A DNA stretch of 64,000 nt from Bacteroidia bacterium (GCA_020849295.1 JADLGN010000030.1:75692-139691), one strand, 5' to 3'; shown: positions 31,572-40,789, counted from the first letter of the stretch. Program-made: numbers and translations. Notes: generated from the sequence alone by a model not told the origin.

Positions 31572-33968
31572 TTAATAACTGATTTTAATGAAACTCTTAT
31601 AAATATCAAACTCTTTGCATTTTATTTCAACTATGTAAAACCCATTTATCAGACTATTTATATTAATTTCTGATAATATCTTGGATGTACTATCATCTGA
31701 AAAAACTTTTTTACCAATTTTGTCATAAATGATAATCTTTTCAGAAACTAAATTATTTGAAAGCTCAATTGAAATAGTACTTTGAGCAGGATTTGGATAT
31801 ATTTTAAAATCAGGTTTAGTATTATTTACAAAAGTACTTGAAATGAATTTACTCTCTTTGGCTCCTATATCAGGAAATTTCCCATTGTAATCATAAAAAC
31901 CCGGTATTTTCATTCCTGCATCAATCAATTTGCTATTATTTTTTAGCTCAAATCCTCCGGCATCAGTATTTACAAAATACGGATCTGATTGTGAAGGATT
32001 TTGAATTAGAATATTGGGACTTCCTGAAATGCTTGATAAAGTATTTTGCAAATCAGTTACACTTTTTACTTCCGAACAATTATATTGCCCATGAATATGC
32101 TTTATTTTTACAATTGGCGAATTATTATTGTATGAGTAATAATTTTCAAACAATGAACTTATTTGAAATTTACTATTTGAAGTAATATTTGCCAAACTAA
32201 AATAGAAAAACGGATAAATAAGAGAATGAGAATAACTGTTGTTTATAAAAACAGCTTTTCTCCATTCTGCCTCCCACGATGCAATAACAAAACCTAAAGT
32301 ATCTTTAGAATGAAATGTATTATTAAAAAAATATAAATTTCCTAATGCTATAGTTCCAGTATATTTTGGGTTTGTTTTTATACCTAAGCTTTGCCCCATA
32401 TAATTAGTGCCTACTGGTTTGCACCCAATAAAATATGGGTCATCTTGTTCGTTTCGTCTTCCTTGCATCCCATGTATTGTATTTCTGTAAAAATATCGTG
32501 GACCTATTAAAGGCGGAGCGGCAGAAATTGCAGCCATAGGTTTAATTATTTCATTATTCCAAACTCTTAGATTAGACCATAACCCATCACATTCTATTGC
32601 ATCAAAATTATCAATAAATGTATTGTTGTATATATCAACTTCTTCTTTTAGTCCAATGTCAATATAGCTCTCTACACCAGAATTTAGCCCATCAAATAAA
32701 TTGTTTTTTATTATAATATTTTTGCCTTGTTCAAGAAATATAGCCGAAAATTCTACCTGTCGTCCTCTTGAAGAAGAGATTGTATAAATGATGCTATGCA
32801 CATAACTATTAGATTTTTTAATCATAGCATGAGACCATTTACCTATATCGTGTTTAAATGTAGAGTTTTGAATTGTTATATTATTACAAGTTTTGCCAAA
32901 CGTTAAAAATGAAGTGTTATACTTAAACTCACAACTATCAAAATAAATTTGATGTGCATTTCTAATATCAAAAACTGTTGCAGAATATGAATTTGGTGTA
33001 CTTCCTAATGAATTAAGTACTGGCTTTGCAAAATTTCTGAACGACAAACCTTTAACTTTAAAAAAAACATTATTGTTGTTTCCGTATAAAGTAAGAAACT
33101 TGTAAGCCCCCGACAAAGTAACCAATGAATCATTCGGGTTTATACCTTTTTGTGTTTTTATCCAAATTGTATTTTCATCTCTTACAAAGCCATCGTATCC
33201 AAAGTTTAAATCAACTAAATTGTATCCTCCCAGTAGCACTTCAGACGTTAATGATGGATATGGATAAAGTGCATTATTTCCTAAAATACACAAATTTGAA
33301 TGAGCCGCACTTGCAGGTATTGAAGTATAATATAAGTTTGCTACACTTGAATGTAGTGTCCAAGTAGAAGTAACACTAACACCTCCATCAATAATAGGTT
33401 TTGCACCTTGGGCTGACATAAGAATTATAGGAGTATTTTCTGTACATGCACTTTTAATATTCAATTGCAAATCACTTGATTTGTAAATACCATCAGTAAA
33501 AATTACAGTTGTGCCACATTGTATTTGACTTGTTGTAAAAAGTTTATCTAAACTACCAGGATTAGATTTGGTGTAATCTCCTGTTCCATTAGGAGAAACC
33601 CATTTTACATTAGTAGTTTGTGAAAATTCGGGTATTTTTTGTGTTGATTGTTGTAATACAGGAAAAGTTTTGCTGCTTGTTCCAGTATGTATTGTTGCTT
33701 TTACCTGATAACTTGTATTTTCTTTTAATAAAAAAATACTGCCTCTGAACATTTCTGTATCTGATATTTCAATTTTATCAGGTGGAAATGCCAATATCCA
33801 ATTTATATTATTCAATTCTTTGCATTCGATAGTACAACTATCGGCATTTCCAATGTTTTTTATACTTACACCTATAGAATTATATAATGATGATAATTCA
33901 ATATTCTGTGCATGTAAACATGAATAAAAACTGATAATAAAAAAAACAAAAATTATTTTTTTAAACAT
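31572..33968 (-). CDS. T9SS-secreted protein with right-handed parallel beta-helix (pectin-lyase-like) repeats and a C-terminal Por sorting domain
   Basis: Signal peptide. Repeated N-x-(I/V)-x-(I/F)-x-N beta-helix rungs (NITIQNSTF, NIIIKNNLFDG). C-terminal sorting domain beginning KIYPNPAQSTISIE and ending ...IKISY. Confidence 0.8.
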   Translation of the reverse strand: MFKKIIFVFFIISFYSCLHAQNIELSSLYNSIGVSIKNIGNADSCTIECKELNNINWILAFPPDKIEISDTEMFRGSIFLLKENTSYQVKATIHTGTSSKTFPVLQQSTQKIPEFSQTTNVKWVSPNGTGDYTKSNPGSLDKLFTTSQIQCGTTVIFTDGIYKSSDLQLNIKSACTENTPIILMSAQGAKPIIDGGVSVTSTWTLHSSVANLYYTSIPASAAHSNLCILGNNALYPYPSLTSEVLLGGYNLVDLNFGYDGFVRDENTIWIKTQKGINPNDSLVTLSGAYKFLTLYGNNNNVFFKVKGLSFRNFAKPVLNSLGSTPNSYSATVFDIRNAHQIYFDSCEFKYNTSFLTFGKTCNNITIQNSTFKHDIGKWSHAMIKKSNSYVHSIIYTISSSRGRQVEFSAIFLEQGKNIIIKNNLFDGLNSGVESYIDIGLKEEVDIYNNTFIDNFDAIECDGLWSNLRVWNNEIIKPMAAISAAPPLIGPRYFYRNTIHGMQGRRNEQDDPYFIGCKPVGTNYMGQSLGIKTNPKYTGTIALGNLYFFNNTFHSKDTLGFVIASWEAEWRKAVFINNSYSHSLIYPFFYFSLANITSNSKFQISSLFENYYSYNNNSPIVKIKHIHGQYNCSEVKSVTDLQNTLSSISGSPNILIQNPSQSDPYFVNTDAGGFELKNNSKLIDAGMKIPGFYDYNGKFPDIGAKESKFISSTFVNNTKPDFKIYPNPAQSTISIELSNNLVSEKIIIYDKIGKKVFSDDSTSKILSEININSLINGFYIVEIKCKEFDIYKSFIKISY

Positions 33969-34140
33969 GTTATTATCCTAAAATATTAAACTTTATTATA
34001 CTAAACAAAAATATTGAAATTATTTATTTAATAGTTCTAATATTACTATTTGATATTTAGTTAGTGAAAAAAGTAATATTTCAATAAAAATTCTCTCTTA
34101 ATATTTATTTATTCAACTATTTTTGAATTAAATTATGACA

Positions 34141-34400
34141 ATAAAAGAGGTTTTTAGACGGTTTGACGCTTGGCGTAGTGGCGGATTTCGGAGCACCAAA
34201 CTGTCAACCAAGCACAAATGTTGATTTGAAAAACTACTGTTCATTTTACCATGTCACCCGCCACTACGCCAAACGGCTGTTATAGGCTGGAGTTCTGTCT
34301 GTCGTGTCGTGAAAGTCAGGTCTGATAAGGGTTTCGCTGTCATTGTCCATTAAGTGTTTTGGTCTTTATGTGTCGGTTGTGCGGTGGCGGTTTTAAAAAT
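34141..34400. ncRNA. GC-rich structured noncoding element: candidate ncRNA, 3'UTR structure or mobile-element end
   Basis: No credible ORF. The 17-nt arm 34168-34184 (gcttggcgtagtggcgg) pairs with 34258-34274 (ccgccactacgccaaac), 16 of 17 positions. ccgccac (34258-34264) also complements gtggcgg (34384-34390), which is followed by TTTT. Local GC is far above the 30% background. Confidence 0.3.
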
Positions 34401-34552
34401 TTTTGAAGGGAAGGAAATTTTAAAAAATAATTTTTCTTGGGTGGGAGAGGTGGAAGCTCTTTTGCAAACTTTGGTCTGCGGGAGGGCTTGTAGCGGTTTG
34501 CAAATGTGCTTACACCTGTGCGTTGCCATTATTTTTCCCCTTTTTCAGTTAA

Positions 34553-36553
34553 TTAAAACGCATTAAACATATCACCCAAATAATGTTTCAAGTTGTATTT
34601 CTTGGTTGTGTCTAAGGCACGTTCAAGGCAAATGAGACCCGGATTTCCCGAATTTACAGGATTAACAGAATACATTTTCTTGAATTGCTCTACCGTGTCC
34701 ATATCTATGGTAATATCAAGACAAATAAATACTTTTTTTATGCCATCTGTGGCTAAAAGAATTTCGTTTTTCTTAAACTGTTCTTGTTTGTCGGCTTTGT
34801 AGTTTAACTGGAAACCGTTCTTTAACAAAATTTCGGTCAGCAATTCGTTTCTGTTGAATGCCGTTACCAATTGGGCTTCTTTGTCGGCAATGTATTTTTT
34901 GAGTGATGCAATATTTTCTTCGTCTGTTTTCTCAACATCGGGAGCCCATTCAACTCTTGGGAAATTTGATTTTACCAATTTAAAGACCTTGAAACCTAAA
35001 CCATTTATTGCATCGTCTTTGTGTCCGTTTGTAAATAGGTCGGGCTGCTGTTTTTTCTTTTCTTCAATGATTTTTGCAATTGCTCGTTTGTTACGTTCAA
35101 TAGTAATGTCGCTTATTCTTTTTAATCCTAACGCTAAAGCATTTTTTCCACTTTCACTATCAGCATTCTCGTTTATTGGTTCTGGAAGTTGGACAAGAAT
35201 GAACTTCCTTTGTGCATTATCTTCAATATTTAATTCTAATACAGCTTGTCCTGTCGAGCCTGAACCAGCAAAAAAATCAAGGATAATATCACCGTTGTAT
35301 TCCGTAGCTTTTATAAGTGTTTTAATAACTTCAACATTTTTGGGGAAATCAAACAGCCCGTTAATTTCAGGCACTGATTTTGAGGCAAAAAAATCAGTCA
35401 TATTTGTATTTCTTAAAATTCCATCTGTGGGAGCAACCCAATGTTCAACACCGAAATTTTTACCTTTACCTGTTTCATTTCTTCTGATAAATTCTAATTT
35501 TTTACCAGTCTGTATCCAATATTCTTCGATGGATATTTTATCAGCAAATTTTTCTTCATACAACTTGTAATTTTCAACTGCCTTTTCACCCCTTTCCCTT
35601 CCCCATTTCCATTGCCCTGTTTCAGGTTTAAAACCAAGAATATTGTATCGCATTGTTTCCCTATTCGCATCATTCCAAAAGCCTTTCCAATATCCAAAAT
35701 TTTGCCTCTCTTCACTGCTTAATTTGTAAATAGGATTAAATTTAAATTCGTCAGATTTAGAATAGCAAACTATATATTCAAAACCCACATTAAAAGTTGA
35801 TAGTCCGTTTTCAATAAATTGGCGATTTACATTTTTATCATATCGTTTGGTAATAAATGTATTTCGATAATTCTCCTGACCGAAGACTTCATCGCATACC
35901 TTTCTAAGATTATGATATTCTTCATCTCCAATAGAAATAAAGATTGCCCCATCATTTTTTAAAAATGTCCTGGTAATTAATAGTCTCGAATACAACATTG
36001 ATAACCAATTGGAGTGAAACCTACCGTCGCTTTCAGCATTTGTATCAATTCTAATTCCATCCTCAACATTTCCATTCTTTTGCCAATATGCTTTTTTATC
36101 TTCTGAATAGTCATCATTATAAACAAAATCACCACCAGTATTGTATGGCGGATCAATATAGATACACTTAATTTGTTCTCTGTAACTGTCGCTTAGTAAC
36201 TTTAATACCTCAAGGTTTTCTCCCTCAATTATTAAGTTTTCGCTTTCGTTAGGGTTTAGGCTTCTTGCCTCATCATACATCAAAGTTGCATTGCTTGGCG
36301 TGTAGGCGTTTCTTTTTGCAGCACTTTTTCCAAACCATCTAAACTCGTAGCGTTCAGTTTCTGAAACGCTTGCAGGGTCAACAACCTTTTTGAGTTCATC
36401 AATATTGAGTTTGCCCTCGTTTGTAAACAAGTCAGGAAAAAGATTTTTTAGTTGTGTTAATCTTTCCTTGTTCCAGTCTTTGCTTAATGGCATCCACACA
36501 TTGTCTGAATCAGAATTTTCAGAATTTTCAGGATTAAAATCGTTAGTATTCAT
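34553..36553 (-). CDS. mod: Type III restriction-modification system methyltransferase (Mod), N6-adenine specific
   Basis: Motif IV IYIDPPYNTG and motif I ILDFFAGSGSTGQAV. Sits downstream of res. The start is set at the ATG at 36553 (MNTNDF...), one nt after the upstream stop; the listed ORF extends to 36616. Confidence 0.85.
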   Translation of the reverse strand: MNTNDFNPENSENSDSDNVWMPLSKDWNKERLTQLKNLFPDLFTNEGKLNIDELKKVVDPASVSETERYEFRWFGKSAAKRNAYTPSNATLMYDEARSLNPNESENLIIEGENLEVLKLLSDSYREQIKCIYIDPPYNTGGDFVYNDDYSEDKKAYWQKNGNVEDGIRIDTNAESDGRFHSNWLSMLYSRLLITRTFLKNDGAIFISIGDEEYHNLRKVCDEVFGQENYRNTFITKRYDKNVNRQFIENGLSTFNVGFEYIVCYSKSDEFKFNPIYKLSSEERQNFGYWKGFWNDANRETMRYNILGFKPETGQWKWGRERGEKAVENYKLYEEKFADKISIEEYWIQTGKKLEFIRRNETGKGKNFGVEHWVAPTDGILRNTNMTDFFASKSVPEINGLFDFPKNVEVIKTLIKATEYNGDIILDFFAGSGSTGQAVLELNIEDNAQRKFILVQLPEPINENADSESGKNALALGLKRISDITIERNKRAIAKIIEEKKKQQPDLFTNGHKDDAINGLGFKVFKLVKSNFPRVEWAPDVEKTDEENIASLKKYIADKEAQLVTAFNRNELLTEILLKNGFQLNYKADKQEQFKKNEILLATDGIKKVFICLDITIDMDTVEQFKKMYSVNPVNSGNPGLICLERALDTTKKYNLKHYLGDMFNAF

Positions 36554-36554
36554 G

Positions 36555-36938
36555 CTATGTTTTATATTTTTTGTTTGTATTAAATACAAGTTTGTATTGC
36601 AGACTTGTTGCTCCAAAATTTATGAGCAATCCTTTTTCAAAATTATATGCCGTTAAATAGTTTTTAGCTTGGGCTAAATGCACATCTTCAAGATTGATGA
36701 GAGCTTTCAATTCAATAACAATTTTGTCTTCCACAATAAAATCTGCCCTTCTTGTTCCTACTTCAATACTTTCATAAAAGACAGTTTGTTCAACTTCCCT
36801 TGAAAATCTTAAACCGGCTCTTTCAAGTTCTATTGCCAAACATCGTTGGTAAATAACTTCTTGAAACCCATTGCCGAGTGTGTTATGGACTTTCATGGCA
36901 CAACCGATAATATTATATGTCAATTCATCTTTTTCCAT
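36555..36938 (-). CDS. GxxExxY four-helix-bundle protein (23S rRNA intervening-sequence protein family)
   Basis: 127 aa. The family is recognised from the overall four-helix-bundle pattern. Inserted between res and mod. Confidence 0.6.
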   Translation of the reverse strand: MEKDELTYNIIGCAMKVHNTLGNGFQEVIYQRCLAIELERAGLRFSREVEQTVFYESIEVGTRRADFIVEDKIVIELKALINLEDVHLAQAKNYLTAYNFEKGLLINFGATSLQYKLVFNTNKKYKT

Positions 36939-36951
36939 AATTCTGGTAATT

Positions 36952-39717
36952 CTAAGATTTTGAAAATTCTGATTCTGACAATTTTTTAAAATAATGATAT
37001 TCTTTTACAGGAGCTTTGTAATGAACTTCCACACCCAAAGTTTCAAAGTGTTTCATTGCACATTTTATTTTATACACTTCGCTTTCCGTCAGTGCTTTTT
37101 TATCGTTGATGTCGTTTGTTCCTTTGGTTTCAATTACAAAGTAATATTCCGTTTCATCGCCTGATTTTAAACTCTTGCGTTTCATTACCAAACCAAAATC
37201 GGGTTCGTATTCGCCAATAGGAGTTTTGATTTTATACCAACTTGGTAATTTGATAAAGCAAACAATGTCGGGTTGGTTGTCGGTTGCCTTTGCAAAATCA
37301 TATTCCACTTTACTGTCAATAAGCATTTTGTCAAATACGCCTCTGTTAGGTGTTTCAACATAATCGGACTTTGATACATTTTTTACAAAGTCATTAAAGC
37401 TGAATGGAAAATCTTCGCCTGTCAAATGATAATCCAAACCCCGAAGCATTTCATCCAGTTCAATATTGCGGATAATTCCAGCAGCAGTATGAATGTATTG
37501 CGGTGGATTTTTAATGATGTGGTCTAAATTGGTTATGTTGTTTACAATTTTGAAAAGCGTTGTATAACTCAATCCTGTGTTTTCGCTTAGTTCCTCAACT
37601 AAATCTAAGGGAGTGAATTTGGCTTTCAGTCTGTAAGTTTCAGTTCCTCCAAAACTGTCCTCAATTCCTTCTTCCGATATTGTTCCAATATTTCGGCTGC
37701 TCACTTCGGCAACATAATCCGAAATGGTTATCAGGTTTATTTGTTCGGTGGCTTTTGCAATTAAACTTTCTTCATCAAAGGCAATTACATAATCGGTTTT
37801 CTTGGCTAACGCTTTCCAAAAGCGTTTAAATGCTTCGTCAATTGATGTATTGGTATTGCGTTTAAAACTTACTTCGTTTTGTGGTTTGCCTTTGTGTGTA
37901 TGCGACATTCCCGCACCGGCAGAAGCAGTTCCGTAAATATCTTTTATCTCTTTTTGATATTGGGTTACAAAGGTTTCGTAAGTTTCATTTGGTATAACTG
38001 TCAATTGGTTTACTCTGTCTGCATCTTCCGCATTTAAGGCATCATAAACACGTTGTCCTTGTTGGTTTACGCAAATACGCAAACCTCTACCAATTTCCTG
38101 GCGTTTACGAATTTCTGAATATGCTGTGTTAAGCGTTGCGATATTGAAAACATTAGGATTATCCCAACCCACACCCAAAGCAGAGTGAGAAAACACAAAC
38201 TCAATCGGGTTGCCGATGGTCAACAATTCGTCTTTCTTTTGCAAAATGAGTTCGTAAATTTTCTTTTGCTCTTTCAATCCTCCCTCGTTGTCTGAATATT
38301 CGCCTTTGGCGTTTTGTGCAAAATAGTATCCTTGTAATTCCTGAATTTGTTGGACTGTTGGAACTTTGCCATCGTTGTATTCGGGATAAATGGCTTTGTA
38401 TTTTTCAACGAATAGATTTTTAATCTTTGGTTCTTCTCCCATATAGTTTGAAACCTTGTCAATGAAAATTAAACTCAAAACTTTAATGCCTTTCGGTTGT
38501 AGTTTTTGAGATTTTGCAAAGTGGCGATGTATGAGCCACTCCAATTGTAAAGCCCAAATATTTTCAACATTGCCTGATGCTTGCTTTTCAAAAAGTTCAA
38601 CGCCATTGGTAAAAGTGATGCTCCATTTTTGCGTTTTTAAACTCTTGTTGATACGTTCAATTTTGTAGTTCAAATAACTTGGGTTGTTTGTTTTCTCTCC
38701 CAAATTGTCGCCAACTTTTAACCAACTTGTTTCTTCAAATACAAATTTCCCTGCCTTCAACTTCCACGCTTTTACTTTTGCTTTCGGTTCGCTTGTTCCG
38801 TTTTGCGTTGCTGTCAATTCAATTTTTATAGTTGCTTCATCGTTTTTCTCGGTAACAGTCAAAACTTCAATTTTCTTTACCAGTCCTTGCTTGTAGCTGT
38901 CATAAGGAGTTAAACGATATAATAAATTTTTAACGGTTTTGTGTGTAGCTGAATAACGAATTTTGAAAAGAGGGTCCAGAGTTTTGAAAATTGTTTTTTC
39001 TCTGTCGTCTGCTTTTTCACTGTATCGCTCTTTTCTTTCTTCTGCTGAAAGAGTTTTTAAACGCTCCATCATATTGTCGCTGTCCATTCCTTCCTGTGGC
39101 TCGTCCATAAAAATGATTGGTCTCACTTTGGCAATAGCGTCAATGTATGGGAGATTATTAAACAAATCTTCTCTTTGTGTTCTGTTTAAAATTCTGTCGT
39201 CAGAAGCAAATGCAGCCGTTGTCATTATCATAACTTGCGGATGCTGTTCTTCAATAAAGTTGGTTACTTTATTCAGTTTCTTGCTGTCATAGTCAAAAGC
39301 AGAAACTTTAAAACCGTAAATACTTTCTAATTGCTTTTCAAAAGTTTTAAATGTTCCTAATGTTCCTTGTCTGATTGCGATTGAAGGAACAAGAATTATG
39401 AATTTAGTAAAAGCATAGTGCTTGTATAGCTCGTAAATGGTCTTGATGTAAACAAGTGTTTTACCTGTTCCAGTTTCCATTTCAATACAGAGGTCATTGT
39501 CGGCTGAATACTTTGCAGTTTCTTCGTCAATGCCGTTTTCATTTGCAATCGCTTTAATATTGTCAGCTAACTGCGAAGCAGTTAGTTTACAAAAATTAGA
39601 ACGTATGCCCTCAATACAAGCATTGTCAAAAGTGTTTTTCTCTGTTCCATCAAACACTTTAATGACTGCCTGAATAGCGGTGTCCTGATATTTTAAATTC
39701 TCTAATTGTAACTCCAT
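36952..39717 (-). CDS. res: Type III restriction enzyme Res subunit (SF2 helicase/ATPase plus C-terminal PD-(D/E)xK nuclease)
   Basis: Walker A ETGTGKT and DEAH-like FMDEPQE. Helicase C region and C-terminal EPDFGLV...YFVIETKG nuclease motif. Start ATG overlaps the stop of the upstream HTH gene (TAATG). Confidence 0.85.
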   Translation of the reverse strand: MELQLENLKYQDTAIQAVIKVFDGTEKNTFDNACIEGIRSNFCKLTASQLADNIKAIANENGIDEETAKYSADNDLCIEMETGTGKTLVYIKTIYELYKHYAFTKFIILVPSIAIRQGTLGTFKTFEKQLESIYGFKVSAFDYDSKKLNKVTNFIEEQHPQVMIMTTAAFASDDRILNRTQREDLFNNLPYIDAIAKVRPIIFMDEPQEGMDSDNMMERLKTLSAEERKERYSEKADDREKTIFKTLDPLFKIRYSATHKTVKNLLYRLTPYDSYKQGLVKKIEVLTVTEKNDEATIKIELTATQNGTSEPKAKVKAWKLKAGKFVFEETSWLKVGDNLGEKTNNPSYLNYKIERINKSLKTQKWSITFTNGVELFEKQASGNVENIWALQLEWLIHRHFAKSQKLQPKGIKVLSLIFIDKVSNYMGEEPKIKNLFVEKYKAIYPEYNDGKVPTVQQIQELQGYYFAQNAKGEYSDNEGGLKEQKKIYELILQKKDELLTIGNPIEFVFSHSALGVGWDNPNVFNIATLNTAYSEIRKRQEIGRGLRICVNQQGQRVYDALNAEDADRVNQLTVIPNETYETFVTQYQKEIKDIYGTASAGAGMSHTHKGKPQNEVSFKRNTNTSIDEAFKRFWKALAKKTDYVIAFDEESLIAKATEQINLITISDYVAEVSSRNIGTISEEGIEDSFGGTETYRLKAKFTPLDLVEELSENTGLSYTTLFKIVNNITNLDHIIKNPPQYIHTAAGIIRNIELDEMLRGLDYHLTGEDFPFSFNDFVKNVSKSDYVETPNRGVFDKMLIDSKVEYDFAKATDNQPDIVCFIKLPSWYKIKTPIGEYEPDFGLVMKRKSLKSGDETEYYFVIETKGTNDINDKKALTESEVYKIKCAMKHFETLGVEVHYKAPVKEYHYFKKLSESEFSKS

Positions 39718-40031
39718 TATTTTTTACCGTTCTTTTTGGTTAGGTATTTTATTTCTTCTTCGGCTGCAATCAAAATGTCTTTTGCGTATTTCTCGTCTGC
39801 CAGTTGATAAGCAACTTGTTTGCTCATAAACTTTATTATAAGTTCTTTCTCGTCCACTTTGAAAGTCTTTGCAATGATTGGCAACATTTGTCGGCTTACG
39901 GGTCGTTCTCCACGTTCCAATTTACTTAATGTGCTTTGGTCTATGTCGAGCAATGCAGCAAGTTTTCGTAATGGCATTTCCGCCTGTTCTCTTAGCTGTC
40001 TGATATAGTCGCCTAAATTTTCTGTTTGCAT
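39717..40031 (-). CDS. XRE-family HTH protein, putative controller (C) protein of the RM operon
   Basis: 104 aa. HTH LRKLAALLDIDQSTLSKLERGER. First gene of the operon, translationally coupled to res. Palindromic operators lie immediately upstream. Confidence 0.7.
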   Translation of the reverse strand: MQTENLGDYIRQLREQAEMPLRKLAALLDIDQSTLSKLERGERPVSRQMLPIIAKTFKVDEKELIIKFMSKQVAYQLADEKYAKDILIAAEEEIKYLTKKNGKK

Positions 40032-40046
40032 CTTGAATTCTATTTC

Positions 40047-40102
40047 TTGACAATCGTGTCAAAAGTAATAAAGTCTGTTTTATTGACCTTGAAAAAAGTC
40101 AA
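40047..40102. promoter_or_regulatory. Two palindromic putative C-box operators upstream of the controller gene
   Basis: TTGACAatcgTGTCAA (40047-40062) and TTGACcttgaaaaaaGTCAA (40083-40102), 16 to 73 nt upstream of the C-gene ATG at 40031. Confidence 0.45.
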
Positions 40103-40702
40103 ATTCTTTTCAACATCTTTATTGAGGGTTGGCAAAATTGGCTCTTTTGGCTTTGCGAAGGGTCGGTTTTGTGTGTCGGGGCAAAACCAAATGTGCCACT
40201 TGTGCGGCTGGCTAAAATTGCTTTTAAAAAAGTGCGTTGGGAAAAAAAATAAAAAACATAGGGTCGGTTAGAGTGTCGGCTTACTAACTGTCCAGTTGCA
40301 ATATGGTCTGTATGTTTTTGGGCACCTGTCAAAATGGTTTACTTTTTCTCAGTTTTTAGTCGTCTGTATGTCTTTGTGGTGTCGTCCTACCATTGGCACA
40401 CAACTAGTAAATACCCGCATATTGCGTATATTTTTTCTTTGTACGAATGTGAATTCTGAAATTTCAAAATATAATTTGTTAATTCTTTTTTTCTTTTGCA
40501 CCATGCAATGTTAAATCTTTTTTCATAAATCCAAACGAACTATTGGAGAAATAATATTGCTTAATACTTTTGTACTTATTTGTGTATATATTTCGGTGGT
40601 CTTAGAACTGGAGTGTCCTAATAGAGACTGTATGTATCACAAATCTACAATTTGTTAGAGCATATCAAATAATTTCTTTTGTCCATGTTTTACACTTTTT
40701 TG

Positions 40703-40769
40703 TGTAAACCTATTTCAGGACAAGTCAGCAAGTTCTTTTTTTTTTAGTGTAAACCTAATTCAGGACAAG
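40703..40769. repeat. Two 23-bp direct repeats (22 of 23 identical) separated by a T11 homopolymer
   Basis: gtgtaaacctatttcaggacaag (40703-40725) and gtgtaaacctaattcaggacaag (40747-40769). T-run at 40735-40745. Lies between the GC-rich block and the pyrE 3' end. Confidence 0.7.
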
Positions 40770-40789
40770 AAACAAGACTTAAAATTACC

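Noticed and set aside
34134-34223. A 29-codon ORF (MTIKEVFRRFDAWRSGGFRSTKLSTKHKC) starting at the edge of the GC-rich element
   Set aside because: It is too short, has no recognisable signal or partner, and overlaps the predicted hairpin arm. It is more likely a coincidental frame in structured RNA or DNA.
34141-34550. Possibility that the structured element is a tRNA, tmRNA, RNase P RNA or SRP RNA
   Set aside because: No T-loop GTTCRANYC box, no tmRNA 5'/3' tRNA-like ends, and no RNase P AGGAAAGTCCGGGC or SRP GGAAGCAGCC-type conserved motifs could be found by eye. Left as unclassified.
34354-35570. ORFs 34354..34566(+), 34593..34802(+) and 34854..35570(+, 238 aa) in and around the mod gene
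   Set aside because: These are Cys/Ser/Phe-rich with no recognisable domains. They sit antisense to mod or inside the structured GC-rich noncoding element, where the higher GC reduces stop frequency. They are treated as spurious.
40026-40514. ORFs 40026..40271(+), 40099..40332(-) and 40296..40514(+) in the 40.0-40.8 kb noncoding region
   Set aside because: They are short and mutually overlapping on both strands, have no motifs and show composition-driven openness. The region is better explained as regulatory or structured noncoding DNA.
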